Below are positions 55,703 to 64,000 of a stretch of DNA of 64,000 bases, in pieces. Made by a program: the position numbers and the translations under genes. This DNA is from Savitreella phatthalungensis (taxonomy: Eukaryota). The notes below the pieces were generated by a model. It had not been told where the DNA came from. It saw only the letters and a list, made by a program, of their open reading frames with translations, and searched no databases. The stretch covers positions 310,001 through 374,000 of the forward strand of contig AP039696.1 in the NCBI GenBank assembly GCA_051599415.1. The letters run 5' to 3'. Within the stretch, counting starts at the first letter, position 1, and every line of letters starts with the position of its first letter.

Positions 55703-56080
55703 ATGCGCCTCAACAGAACATTTGCTGCGTTCCTTGGGAGTGTCCTCGGTTGGTGGGCATTCTCGCAGTTGCCGGTAGTGCAGGCTGCATACGCGCGCAT
55801 GACGGAGTACAATGAAGACTCAGTGACCTGCAATGGCCGAAGAATTACCGGGTACAGTATCTTGGTGAACGAGTGGACTACACGTTGGAGGCACTACGCT
55901 GGATTCCCTGGTCAATACGGCGACCATCTGTTCACGAGAATGTACAATGAGGATGGTGACCACTACCTCTACGCTGTACCTTTCGATGGCAGCGTCGGAG
56001 ACGTGATTCAGTTTTACTGGGGGTCAGCTCGTTGGCGACGCTGGGAATCGAGTTCGGCAGAATGGCATTCCTGCGACTGA
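55703..56080 (+). CDS. Small secreted protein, tandem family member 4 (125 aa)
   Basis: MRLNRTFAAFLGSVLGWWAF..VQA; TEYN-x5-C, ITG..IL, YAGFP-x3-GDHLFTR, AVPFDG, WHSC; TATAAG about 60 bp upstream. Confidence 0.82.
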   Translation: MRLNRTFAAFLGSVLGWWAFSQLPVVQAAYARMTEYNEDSVTCNGRRITGYSILVNEWTTRWRHYAGFPGQYGDHLFTRMYNEDGDHYLYAVPFDGSVGDVIQFYWGSARWRRWESSSAEWHSCD

Positions 56081-56282
56081 AACCATCAAGAAAACGCATC
56101 ACTTGGTCATAGCATGCTTGTCTGAGCCTATAGACTGTCACGAGAACCACTTTACATGCATGTGTTCTTTGGCTTCCGATTAGCTCACGTGTCCGAAATC
56201 AACGACTCGGTGATTACGGCCTATATATTAACGCAAACGACTGTGTCGTTGAGTGATGTGAGACAGTCCAACAGTACGTAAT

Positions 56283-56508
56283 TTGCGACACGTGCTACCG
56301 TGCCTGCGGTTAGCCGAATTGACAATGGCTTACATATACATTCTCGGGCATGTTGACGCGTACAGCGATGAGGACGTTGTATGCATCCTGCCCTGTGCTC
56401 AAGTGATCAATTGTCAGTCGTCGGAGCTACATTATACACTGGCAGTCATCATCAATTGATGGTTATGTTATTCAGGGGAGACATCAACAGGCATGGCTTC
56501 GATGCGAT
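56283..56508 (+). pseudogene. Possible decayed fifth member of the secreted-protein family
   Basis: One frame reads DAYSDEDVVCILPCAQ (cf. TEYNIGRLICVLPGDQ); another frame reads SYIIHW..AWLRCD (cf. SIHFHW..GWHEC, EWHSCD). Central motifs missing. Confidence 0.3.
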
Positions 56509-57600
56509 CTCGATGCATGGACGCCAATCGACCAAACGACCTCCTCATTCTCGGGTGGAGGACCATGTCGTCTGAATGACCATCGAACATGTATGCTGGT
56601 TCAAAATTCGCAGCTAGCTGATGAATTGCGATACGTCCGCAGCCGAGCGAAGAATGACCGCGATCGGCACTGAATGCGGGGTGGAGAGCATCGGAGCTCG
56701 GATACTCATCGCTCCGAGATGGAAGCTTGGAACTCGCCTGACACACACGCTGGTTCTAGTAAAAAAATCGAGTCACCTACATACTAACCACCATGAAGCG
56801 CAAGATCGTGTTTCTTCGGATTCTGCGCCAGTGAAAGAGCACTCGCCCATGAACTAGTTGAAGGCCTACGAGCAAAAGCTGCCGTGTTCCCGATCATGTG
56901 CCGCGTCCTCCGAATGCCATTTGAGGGCGACCCCGCCAGTAGATGACGATGCCAGCCACCTAGACTTTCATATTTTCACGTGTCAGTTCTTCTTCTCCAG
57001 AGAGGATAGCAGGCGACTGTCAATTTGAATTCACAGCTTCTGCCGTAGATTTTCTAAATATAGAGCAACTGCCGATCTACTTCACTTTCATCTTTGAATC
57101 GGAGCATTTCTTAAACGACTTCATTGGAAAACTAAGAGTGTGGTCGGCAGCAAGCTTCTGCTATTCTTTCTTGTCGTATGCGATCTATGCAGCCAGCATA
57201 TTTGAAATCGGGTACAGGGGGAGGGACAATATTTGAGCACTTTCAGATTTCAGCTACCAAAGTAAAATTCGGATCAATTATGCACGATGACCTCGCCAAG
57301 AGTCACACTGTAGTTTCAAGTAGATGGGGCAGCGATCTTTTCCAGTGGGAGCTCCCATCAGTCCGAAGTCAGGATTCTTGGCGCGCCGAGCTTCAAAATC
57401 TGGCCTGACATAGCCCTGGCTTAGCCCGAAGGCCGGCCAGATTCGGCACGGCAGACAAGGTCCGTTTGGACCATGCATGTGAATCAGGTCCGCCTGGGAG
57501 AGTGGAGATATTTTGAGAAGCAGAAGCAGGAGGAGAAAGAACGAAGAGGTGCATGTGCTCGCGCACTGCCAGTAGAGCAGTGCGCCTAATCTGGAGGTGG

Positions 57601-57623
57601 AGAAGAAGAAGAAGAAGAAGAAG
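57601..57623. repeat. (GAA)7 microsatellite
   Basis: Direct reading. Confidence 0.9.
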
Positions 57624-57774
57624 AGAGCCAAGCAATTCTTAGGGATTTCAAGTTACCGTATGAAGCTAAGATCACCTTCAGGTCACTTCACACACGCTCC
57701 ACCTGCCCATGCTCCACTCTCGGCAAGACATGGAAAAATGAAAGAGATTCAACTCCTCAGTCGCAGGGACCATC

Positions 57775-57834
57775 TCAATCAATCAGTCAGTCAATCAGTC
57801 AGTCAATCAGTCAGTCAGTCGATCGATCAGTCAG
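57775..57834. repeat. (TCAA/TCAG)n compound tetranucleotide repeat
   Basis: Direct reading. Confidence 0.9.
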
Positions 57835-58197
57835 GACAGTATCTTCGTCTTCATCATCTTCAATTCACACCTATCGGAACTCGCAAGCAATACAATCTTG
57901 GTACGAGCTCTTGTGTGTCTGACAGAGAAATCATCTTGACGCCGTCATCTATCCTTCGACACACGCGACATAACTGCGCAACGGCCTGCGCGCGTGACAC
58001 CTTCCATCAACCGCAAATCTTCTAAGCCCTTCATCTAGACTTAGACTCACTGCCATATAACGCAGATCACAAGTCACACAGAATAAGGATCGTTGTTACT
58101 CCGACACACAGGCAGGTCACAACGGCCATTCGGTTCACATTAAATTTCAGAGTCTTCTCGACCTGCTATTGCCTTCCACTCCAGAGCGTCTGCTACA

Positions 58198-58932
58198 ATG
58201 ACTGCCGCACTTGAGCCAACAGTCTCACCTACCCGCAGGCAACAACAGGATGACATGAACCATTTCTCCCGTCTTGCCAGTGACCATGGCAACACAAAAT
58301 CCAATCCAAACGTCGCTATGACTGAACGGACCGGTCTAGAAGATTGGCAGGCAGCTGGCATGAGCGAAGGGTGGCGTCCATACCTAACAAAGGACAACTA
58401 TGGCCGGGACATTAGCGAGCCAGACTGGTCAAACCCTACACGTTCGCGTTACGAACGGCCGCTTGATACGATCCGGTCGTTCGAAAGCGCAACCTATGGC
58501 CGGGATCCCTCGACCGGGTCCGCAACCCCATCAGAGTACGACGGTGGCGCACAGTCTCGCCAATCGTTCAGCAGACCATCGAATCCACAACGTGGCCAGT
58601 CTTCTGCTTCCGCCTACACCACTGACGCAAATGGCGATGGTGGTCCGCGCACGCCTCACCGTGGATCGCTTCCTTACGCGATGCCGACCTCAGCTTCATG
58701 GGACGCTCGCTCGCCAGCGACGCTTTCGGCCTTCTCCGGTGCAGGCTCCCCGATCACTCCCGGGTCAGCCACCAACAATAGAATCGCTAACAACGGTGTC
58801 AACGTCCGTGGTCAGCAGCTCTCTTACGGCATGCCACCCACACCACCACAGGATGTCAACAGGAAACCGCCTGTAAAAGATGAGAAGAAGAAGAAGGGAT
58901 TTCGCCTGAGCTTCGGCAAGAACAAGGACTAA
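58198..58932 (+). CDS. DUF2406-family fungal protein, 244 aa
   Basis: DNYGRDISEPDWSNPTRSRYERPLDTIRSFESA signature; basic C-terminus KKKKGFRLSFGK. Confidence 0.85.
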   Translation: MTAALEPTVSPTRRQQQDDMNHFSRLASDHGNTKSNPNVAMTERTGLEDWQAAGMSEGWRPYLTKDNYGRDISEPDWSNPTRSRYERPLDTIRSFESATYGRDPSTGSATPSEYDGGAQSRQSFSRPSNPQRGQSSASAYTTDANGDGGPRTPHRGSLPYAMPTSASWDARSPATLSAFSGAGSPITPGSATNNRIANNGVNVRGQQLSYGMPPTPPQDVNRKPPVKDEKKKKGFRLSFGKNKD

Positions 58933-59270
58933 AGTGAGCAGAGTCACCTCTTTTGCCACCTCGGGTTCCTCCTATCAATACCATCTTCGACATCAAAATC
59001 GACCAAAACCGCCACTCCTCTGACCGAAGCACCGCCTTTCTAGACACTCGCTCTCCAATACAAGAACGCTCTTTGACGACATCTGACTTTGCGACTCTTT
59101 CACGCGAAATACATGTATCATTTCTACCTCCACGTATTCAGACAATTTGAACCTTTCTCTTCTCTTCTGCTAGCTAGTACATCCGCTGATCCTCGACTAC
59201 AACCCGATGATCGCTCCCAGTGTCAATGGCCATGTTAGGCATGTCATGCATAATTATACAAAGGCCCCAT

Positions 59271-62200
59271 CTATTCCTTCTTGCTAGCGACTGTAGCGTC
59301 GTCGGCGTAGGACGGTCGACGGTGTTGAACACACGCTAGATGAGCAAGCTCCCCCTTCCTTCCCGCGTAAACCACAATCGCCTCGCCTTCCACGCCATCG
59401 TCCACACCCACCGAATCATCACTACCATCAGCCGCTCTGCCTTTGCCCTTGCCGATATGCTTGGTGTGGTGGCCAGTGTTGTGCTGGGGCAGGTCTTGGT
59501 GGTTTGGTGGTAGATTATGGTTTGCAAGGACTTGGATCTTCCTGATTTCTCGCCTGCGTGCTTTCCCTGCTGCTGACGCATCTCCGGGCTTTCCAGTCCA
59601 CTCGATCGCCGTGCCGCAGTGTGAACATCGTAGACCGTCACCGTCACCGTCCACACAGACACTCCAACCGCGCCGCCGAGCGCCGAGCGAGCGCGCGTAC
59701 CGTGTGAACGACTCCCGCTCAACGACTGCCGTCGCGAGCGACATGAGCTGGTTGTGGTATGCGTGGTGTGCGAGTGCTTGTGGTAGGACAAGCGCGAGTG
59801 AGGTGTGTTGAGGTGATGGAGAGAGGTGACGTAGGACTTTGAGGAAGTTGAAGGAGGTGGGGGAGTTCGATCGGCTGCCATCGATAGCGTCCACCAATAG
59901 TCTCGACACCGCGTTCTCCGCCGCTCGACGAAGTGGTCTGACAGCATTAGGGTGGTCGGCAGCAGCGGTGAGGAGAGCACTCACGCTCAGCAGGAGTAAC
60001 ACCCACATCGCTTCGCCTTCGCGCTTCGTGTCGCCTGCGCTGTCAGCCGACGGAATGACGGCCACTTGCGCGGAACATAGACCTGCCGCGAGCTTTATGT
60101 GCTGTGCGATGCGATCGATCTCTGTTGGGTTGGCTGCTGGAAGAGTCGTAGTGATCGCCCGGAACTCGTTGCAAAGTCTCTCGAGTGCTTGGCTCCGTCT
60201 GCCTAGCATCCCAAGCAACTGCACTTCCGCGTCCACCAGCTTCTTCCTTTCGAACGCCTCCATCGCGGCGTCCACATCCAGACCGGCGAGCTCGGGAGCG
60301 GTCAAGCGACTCAAGAATGTGACGACTTCTGCGGGATCGTGGTTTGTCATGAGCTTCAGGAAGGTCAATTGCGTCTCTGCTCGAAGATCATCGGCGCGCG
60401 ACAGTCGGCTATGAAGAGGCCGCATGTAGGTGTACAGGTGGCGAGCGAGATGTTGATGTTGGCCGAGGCGCCGGATGATCGGCAGGTGTAGTTGCGAACG
60501 GTTGTGGGAGATGAGGTTCGAGAAAGCAGTGGCATCGACGTCGACAAGTTCCGGAGACAAGTCCACTAGACTTTCTTCAAACAGGTCCATTTCCATCCGC
60601 GTCAGCGGGGACGACCGGGCTGCCAGCAGGGACTCCAGCATGTCGAACACTGCCCCGCGCTGATCTGTGTCCTGCGCGGCGACAGAGACAAGCGAGTGCC
60701 AGTCACGTTCGTCGCGATAGAGCTTTCTGAGAACGCGCGGGAGGTGGGCGCGTCGACAAGCCTCGAGGACAGCGGATAGGTGGATTGGCCTGAAGATGGA
60801 GAGGAGGGACTCGACACTGAATTCGAGATCGTCTCGCAAGTCGTCCCGCGACGGCGCGAGATCATCGGTCGAGGATTCGTTCGCCGCTCGACACAATGCC
60901 AAGACGATGGCCTCCAGCGTCGAAATGGGCAAGACGACGAACTGCGGGTACTTTGGCACATTTCGCGCGAGGAACATGTGGAGGAAGACGCGGTCGTCGG
61001 CATCGAAGCCTGACTCGTCGATCGGCAACTCGCCGTCATTGGAGGTGTCGCCTGGAATGGTTGTACCCATAAGCGATAAAAGCAGATTGACAATGTATTG
61101 TCTGTCGAGCTCGCCGTTGTGGGCATCGCCGTTGAAGGACTCGTCCTCGAACAAGTCGTCGAGGCACACAAAGAAGGTGGCCGGATCGAAGTGCAGAAGC
61201 AATCGCAGGTACGGAAAGGTAGGCTCATCTTCTAGGTCGTCCCGGGTGGCGATGATGTCGTCTTGCCCTTCATTGGGTGCGCTTGACAGACCTGCTGGCG
61301 CTCTGACAGACGTTTCGCTGAACAAGAGACCGTATAGCTGACGGCGAGCAATCCCAGCTTCTTCAGAGGTCAGCTGCTCGCCTGCAGGGAACGTTCTACC
61401 CGTCATGGACAGCGACAAGTAGCGAAAGATCTTGACAGCCTGTATCGTATCGGCTCCAAGTCTCGCAAGGTCGAAGTTCCGTAGCTCTCTCGTATCTCTC
61501 GCTGACTGAAGGTTCGCCAGACGGATGACTGACTTGATGCTCGTGAAGAAGAGTGTGAGCGGAGTGATCCAGTCGCGCAGGGCTCGAGTACTGACGTGTG
61601 CAAGTGCATCGTAGAGATGTTGGTCCATGCAGATGGTCCAGACCTGGTCGATGTCGAGACATGCGGGCTCAACGCGACAGATGATATCTTCCATGCGGGA
61701 ATACAACCGCTGTTGTCGGAAGAAGTCCACAAGATCGCGCATCACGGGCGGCGGAATCGTCTTGAGGGCGCCACTGAGAATGTGTTTGCTCAGACATTCG
61801 AAATACGCGTCACGGAGGAGGTCAGTATGACAGCGGCTCAGCAAGTCTTCGAACACATCGTCAGGACGCTCGAGCCTCAGCATCAGTTCAAACACCACAG
61901 GCACCATTCGCGGGCCTGCGTTCTCGGCAGCTAGTGCGTCACGAGCGATTGAAATCAGCTTCGGCTCGACAAGACGCTTTCTTGAAGCGACGTCGTTCGG
62001 CAGCGTGGTGCCTCTTAAGTCTGCATCTTCTTCAAGTAAGCCGAGCATAAAGACGATCGCCTTGTCGGGCTGCTTGGCTTCCACGAGCGTCGTCACGCGA
62101 TCCAGCCAGGTATGCAGGGAGCCGACGGCCATCTCATGTCCTCCGAGCAAGAAGATCCTGCCCTTGTACGCAGTAAAACATGAGCCGAAGTTCGGGGCAA

Positions 62201-63731
62201 AAGCCTGGTCTGTATACTCTGCTTCGCGCTGCTCGAAGTAGTCAGTCAGGAGCCCGCCCGCGAGGTCCTGAGGCTGCAGAAAGCGTGATGATAAGTCGTT
62301 CGACGCTATGATCTTGTCATTGGGCAGATCGTAGATACAGACTGTCCAGGACTGTAGGAGAAGACAAATTGTGTCTCGATCGTGCCAATGTATAGCGATA
62401 ATGCTTTCATCAAAGTCGTGGACATGGCGACTGGCGAATGTGAGTTGAATATTTGGTTCTTCGCCGGAACTAGTCGCATCGAGTATGTACAGGCGACAGC
62501 ACCATGCGAAGACCAGAGTCGGGTCAGTCTTGAGCTGCGAAGCGGCTGGAGGAGGCCGCCATGCGCAGCAAGCTGAGATACAATCACTCTCAGCTATAGC
62601 TCCGGTAGGTCTCGTCATCGTGTACTGCGTCCTCGGATCAGGGTTGACAGTGGCAATGACGAGCTTGTAAGGCGTGTGCATGGCAAGCAAACCCATTTTG
62701 TCGACCTTTAGATCAGTGTAGCCGGAAGGCAGGATCGTGCAGCCATATAGGAAGCTTGGCCGCATGCGCTCAGCGTTACCGAGCGGATAGCGACCCAGGA
62801 GTCGATGCGAGGAGCCAGGCGAGAAGATTGCTCGGCGGCGAAAGCGATGTAGGAATGCCATGCCACGTGCATCCCCGGAAACGAGAATCGAGTGTCGCTG
62901 ACCGACGAAGTCCAGGAAGAGGACTGGCGTCCCATGGACATGGCCATCTGGTCCTTGTGTGGCTGGCAGATCGGCTTTGCGCGGTGTGATGTGGTGCGTT
63001 GGCGTAGTTGGCTTCGAGAGGTCCCAGACAAAGATACTTCCGTCGACGTGGCCACTAGCAACAAAGCTGCCATCCGCAGAGACCGCAAGTGACGTGATCG
63101 CGCCTGCATTCATCGCAGCAGTATCCCGTCCAATGACATGACGTTGATCCTGGCGGAAGTCGAACACAGCCAACAGCCCACGAGATGAGCCAAAAAGCAT
63201 AAATCCAGCAACTTTGATCGTCGTCGGCCTGCCAAAGAGGCGGAGTGACCGTTCAGAGTACAAGAGATCGCAGATCTTCCGCAACTTCGACCACTTGATT
63301 GTTTGAGGTGTCTGGGAAGGGGTCTGTCCGGATCCGACGTCGATAGCGTTGAGCATCCCTGGCGATGCTCGTTCACTGGACAGGGCAGATACAGATGCAA
63401 TTCGCGATGGTTCCGGCGTCGAGAGGCTACTCCGAAGACCTTCATAGCGCCTTGATCGTAGCGGAGACAGATACTTCTTGAGGTTACGCCTGCCAGGTAA
63501 TGCTGCAGATTGCGAGCTTGTTTCCGACCCAACGTCGAAGTCGAATCGTCGATCATGGGTGGTAGCCGGAGAAGAGCTGTCGTGCCATGGATCTACCTCT
63601 ATTGTAGGTGCTGCGACTGGTTGACCATGTCGGCCGGAAGATGCCGTGGAAGGCCTCTGTAGGCTGGAGCTATCGTCCGGCTGAGGCTCATATTGAGCGC
63701 CCGTGTTGAGCCCGTGACTCGATGCAGGCAT
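59271..63731 (-). CDS. VPS8: CORVET subunit Vps8 (WD40 propeller, Vps8 domain, helical repeats, degenerate RING), 1486 aa
   Basis: IKWSKLRKI..FGRPT, GAITSLAVSADGSFVASGH, LVSGDARGMAFLH, LDIDQV..LYDAL..DWITPL, EPTFPYLRLLLHFD, FLARNVPKYPQF. Confidence 0.93.
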   Translation of the reverse strand: MPASSHGLNTGAQYEPQPDDSSSLQRPSTASSGRHGQPVAAPTIEVDPWHDSSSPATTHDRRFDFDVGSETSSQSAALPGRRNLKKYLSPLRSRRYEGLRSSLSTPEPSRIASVSALSSERASPGMLNAIDVGSGQTPSQTPQTIKWSKLRKICDLLYSERSLRLFGRPTTIKVAGFMLFGSSRGLLAVFDFRQDQRHVIGRDTAAMNAGAITSLAVSADGSFVASGHVDGSIFVWDLSKPTTPTHHITPRKADLPATQGPDGHVHGTPVLFLDFVGQRHSILVSGDARGMAFLHRFRRRAIFSPGSSHRLLGRYPLGNAERMRPSFLYGCTILPSGYTDLKVDKMGLLAMHTPYKLVIATVNPDPRTQYTMTRPTGAIAESDCISACCAWRPPPAASQLKTDPTLVFAWCCRLYILDATSSGEEPNIQLTFASRHVHDFDESIIAIHWHDRDTICLLLQSWTVCIYDLPNDKIIASNDLSSRFLQPQDLAGGLLTDYFEQREAEYTDQAFAPNFGSCFTAYKGRIFLLGGHEMAVGSLHTWLDRVTTLVEAKQPDKAIVFMLGLLEEDADLRGTTLPNDVASRKRLVEPKLISIARDALAAENAGPRMVPVVFELMLRLERPDDVFEDLLSRCHTDLLRDAYFECLSKHILSGALKTIPPPVMRDLVDFFRQQRLYSRMEDIICRVEPACLDIDQVWTICMDQHLYDALAHVSTRALRDWITPLTLFFTSIKSVIRLANLQSARDTRELRNFDLARLGADTIQAVKIFRYLSLSMTGRTFPAGEQLTSEEAGIARRQLYGLLFSETSVRAPAGLSSAPNEGQDDIIATRDDLEDEPTFPYLRLLLHFDPATFFVCLDDLFEDESFNGDAHNGELDRQYIVNLLLSLMGTTIPGDTSNDGELPIDESGFDADDRVFLHMFLARNVPKYPQFVVLPISTLEAIVLALCRAANESSTDDLAPSRDDLRDDLEFSVESLLSIFRPIHLSAVLEACRRAHLPRVLRKLYRDERDWHSLVSVAAQDTDQRGAVFDMLESLLAARSSPLTRMEMDLFEESLVDLSPELVDVDATAFSNLISHNRSQLHLPIIRRLGQHQHLARHLYTYMRPLHSRLSRADDLRAETQLTFLKLMTNHDPAEVVTFLSRLTAPELAGLDVDAAMEAFERKKLVDAEVQLLGMLGRRSQALERLCNEFRAITTTLPAANPTEIDRIAQHIKLAAGLCSAQVAVIPSADSAGDTKREGEAMWVLLLLSVSALLTAAADHPNAVRPLRRAAENAVSRLLVDAIDGSRSNSPTSFNFLKVLRHLSPSPQHTSLALVLPQALAHHAYHNQLMSLATAVVERESFTRYARSLGARRRGWSVCVDGDGDGLRCSHCGTAIEWTGKPGDASAAGKARRREIRKIQVLANHNLPPNHQDLPQHNTGHHTKHIGKGKGRAADGSDDSVGVDDGVEGEAIVVYAGRKGELAHLACVQHRRPSYADDATVASKKE

Positions 63732-64000
63732 GTTGCTAAGCTAGCCAATGCTAGAGCCTGATCATCGGCAAGTTCTTATGCCGTCCATTGCAACGAAGAC
63801 TCTGTGAGAACATCTGCAGTGTGTCTTGAAGCAGCAGGGACGTGCGCGTTGGCATCATGCCGCGTCGCGCGAGTCGATCAAATTAAATCCTGCTATGCCG
63901 TACGTCAAAAGACGAAGATCTCCAATCGAATTTTCCGTTCGACTGCATGACAATGTCTAACGTGGAAGGTAAAGATCGTGAAGTGATTGCCTTCTTCACA

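Overview
Gene-dense, eukaryotic (fungal) DNA of moderately high GC. It has few, very short introns (43-58 nt, GT..AG, CTGAC/CTAAC-type branch point close to the acceptor) and often <100 bp between convergent genes. This organisation and the protein set are consistent with a compact ascomycete yeast genome, plausibly Taphrinomycotina (inference, not proven). About 33 protein genes are supported, mostly housekeeping: PRX1-type peroxiredoxin, SNT2, ZWF1, PWWP protein, TMEM14, peroxisomal acyl-CoA ligase, KU80, arrestin-like, DENN, SOH1, NT-C2, Whi5/Nrm1-like, COG5, OM14-like, PAS kinase, TOP3, MSL5, COX14-like, RFC2, Grx6/7-like, SUT1-like transporter, E2 enzyme, SEC20, PIF1, RPC11, ATG6, DUF2406 and VPS8. 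Several needed manual splicing, and one (COX14-like) is absent from the ORF track. The most novel-looking element is a tandem array (53.6-56.1 kb) of four highly diverged paralogous small secreted proteins. They share a two-cysteine, Trp/aromatic-rich domain I do not recognise, and a possible decayed fifth copy follows. Other notable signals: three diverged copies of an unidentified element in alternating orientation in the first 1.6 kb; a candidate non-AUG mitochondrial presequence on PIF1; MCB-like clusters at DNA-replication genes; a UBE2E-type (HCN) E2; and PTS1-like C-termini on G6PD and the CoA ligase. No tRNA, rRNA, CRISPR array or intact transposon was recognised. All family assignments are from motif recognition by eye, not database searches.
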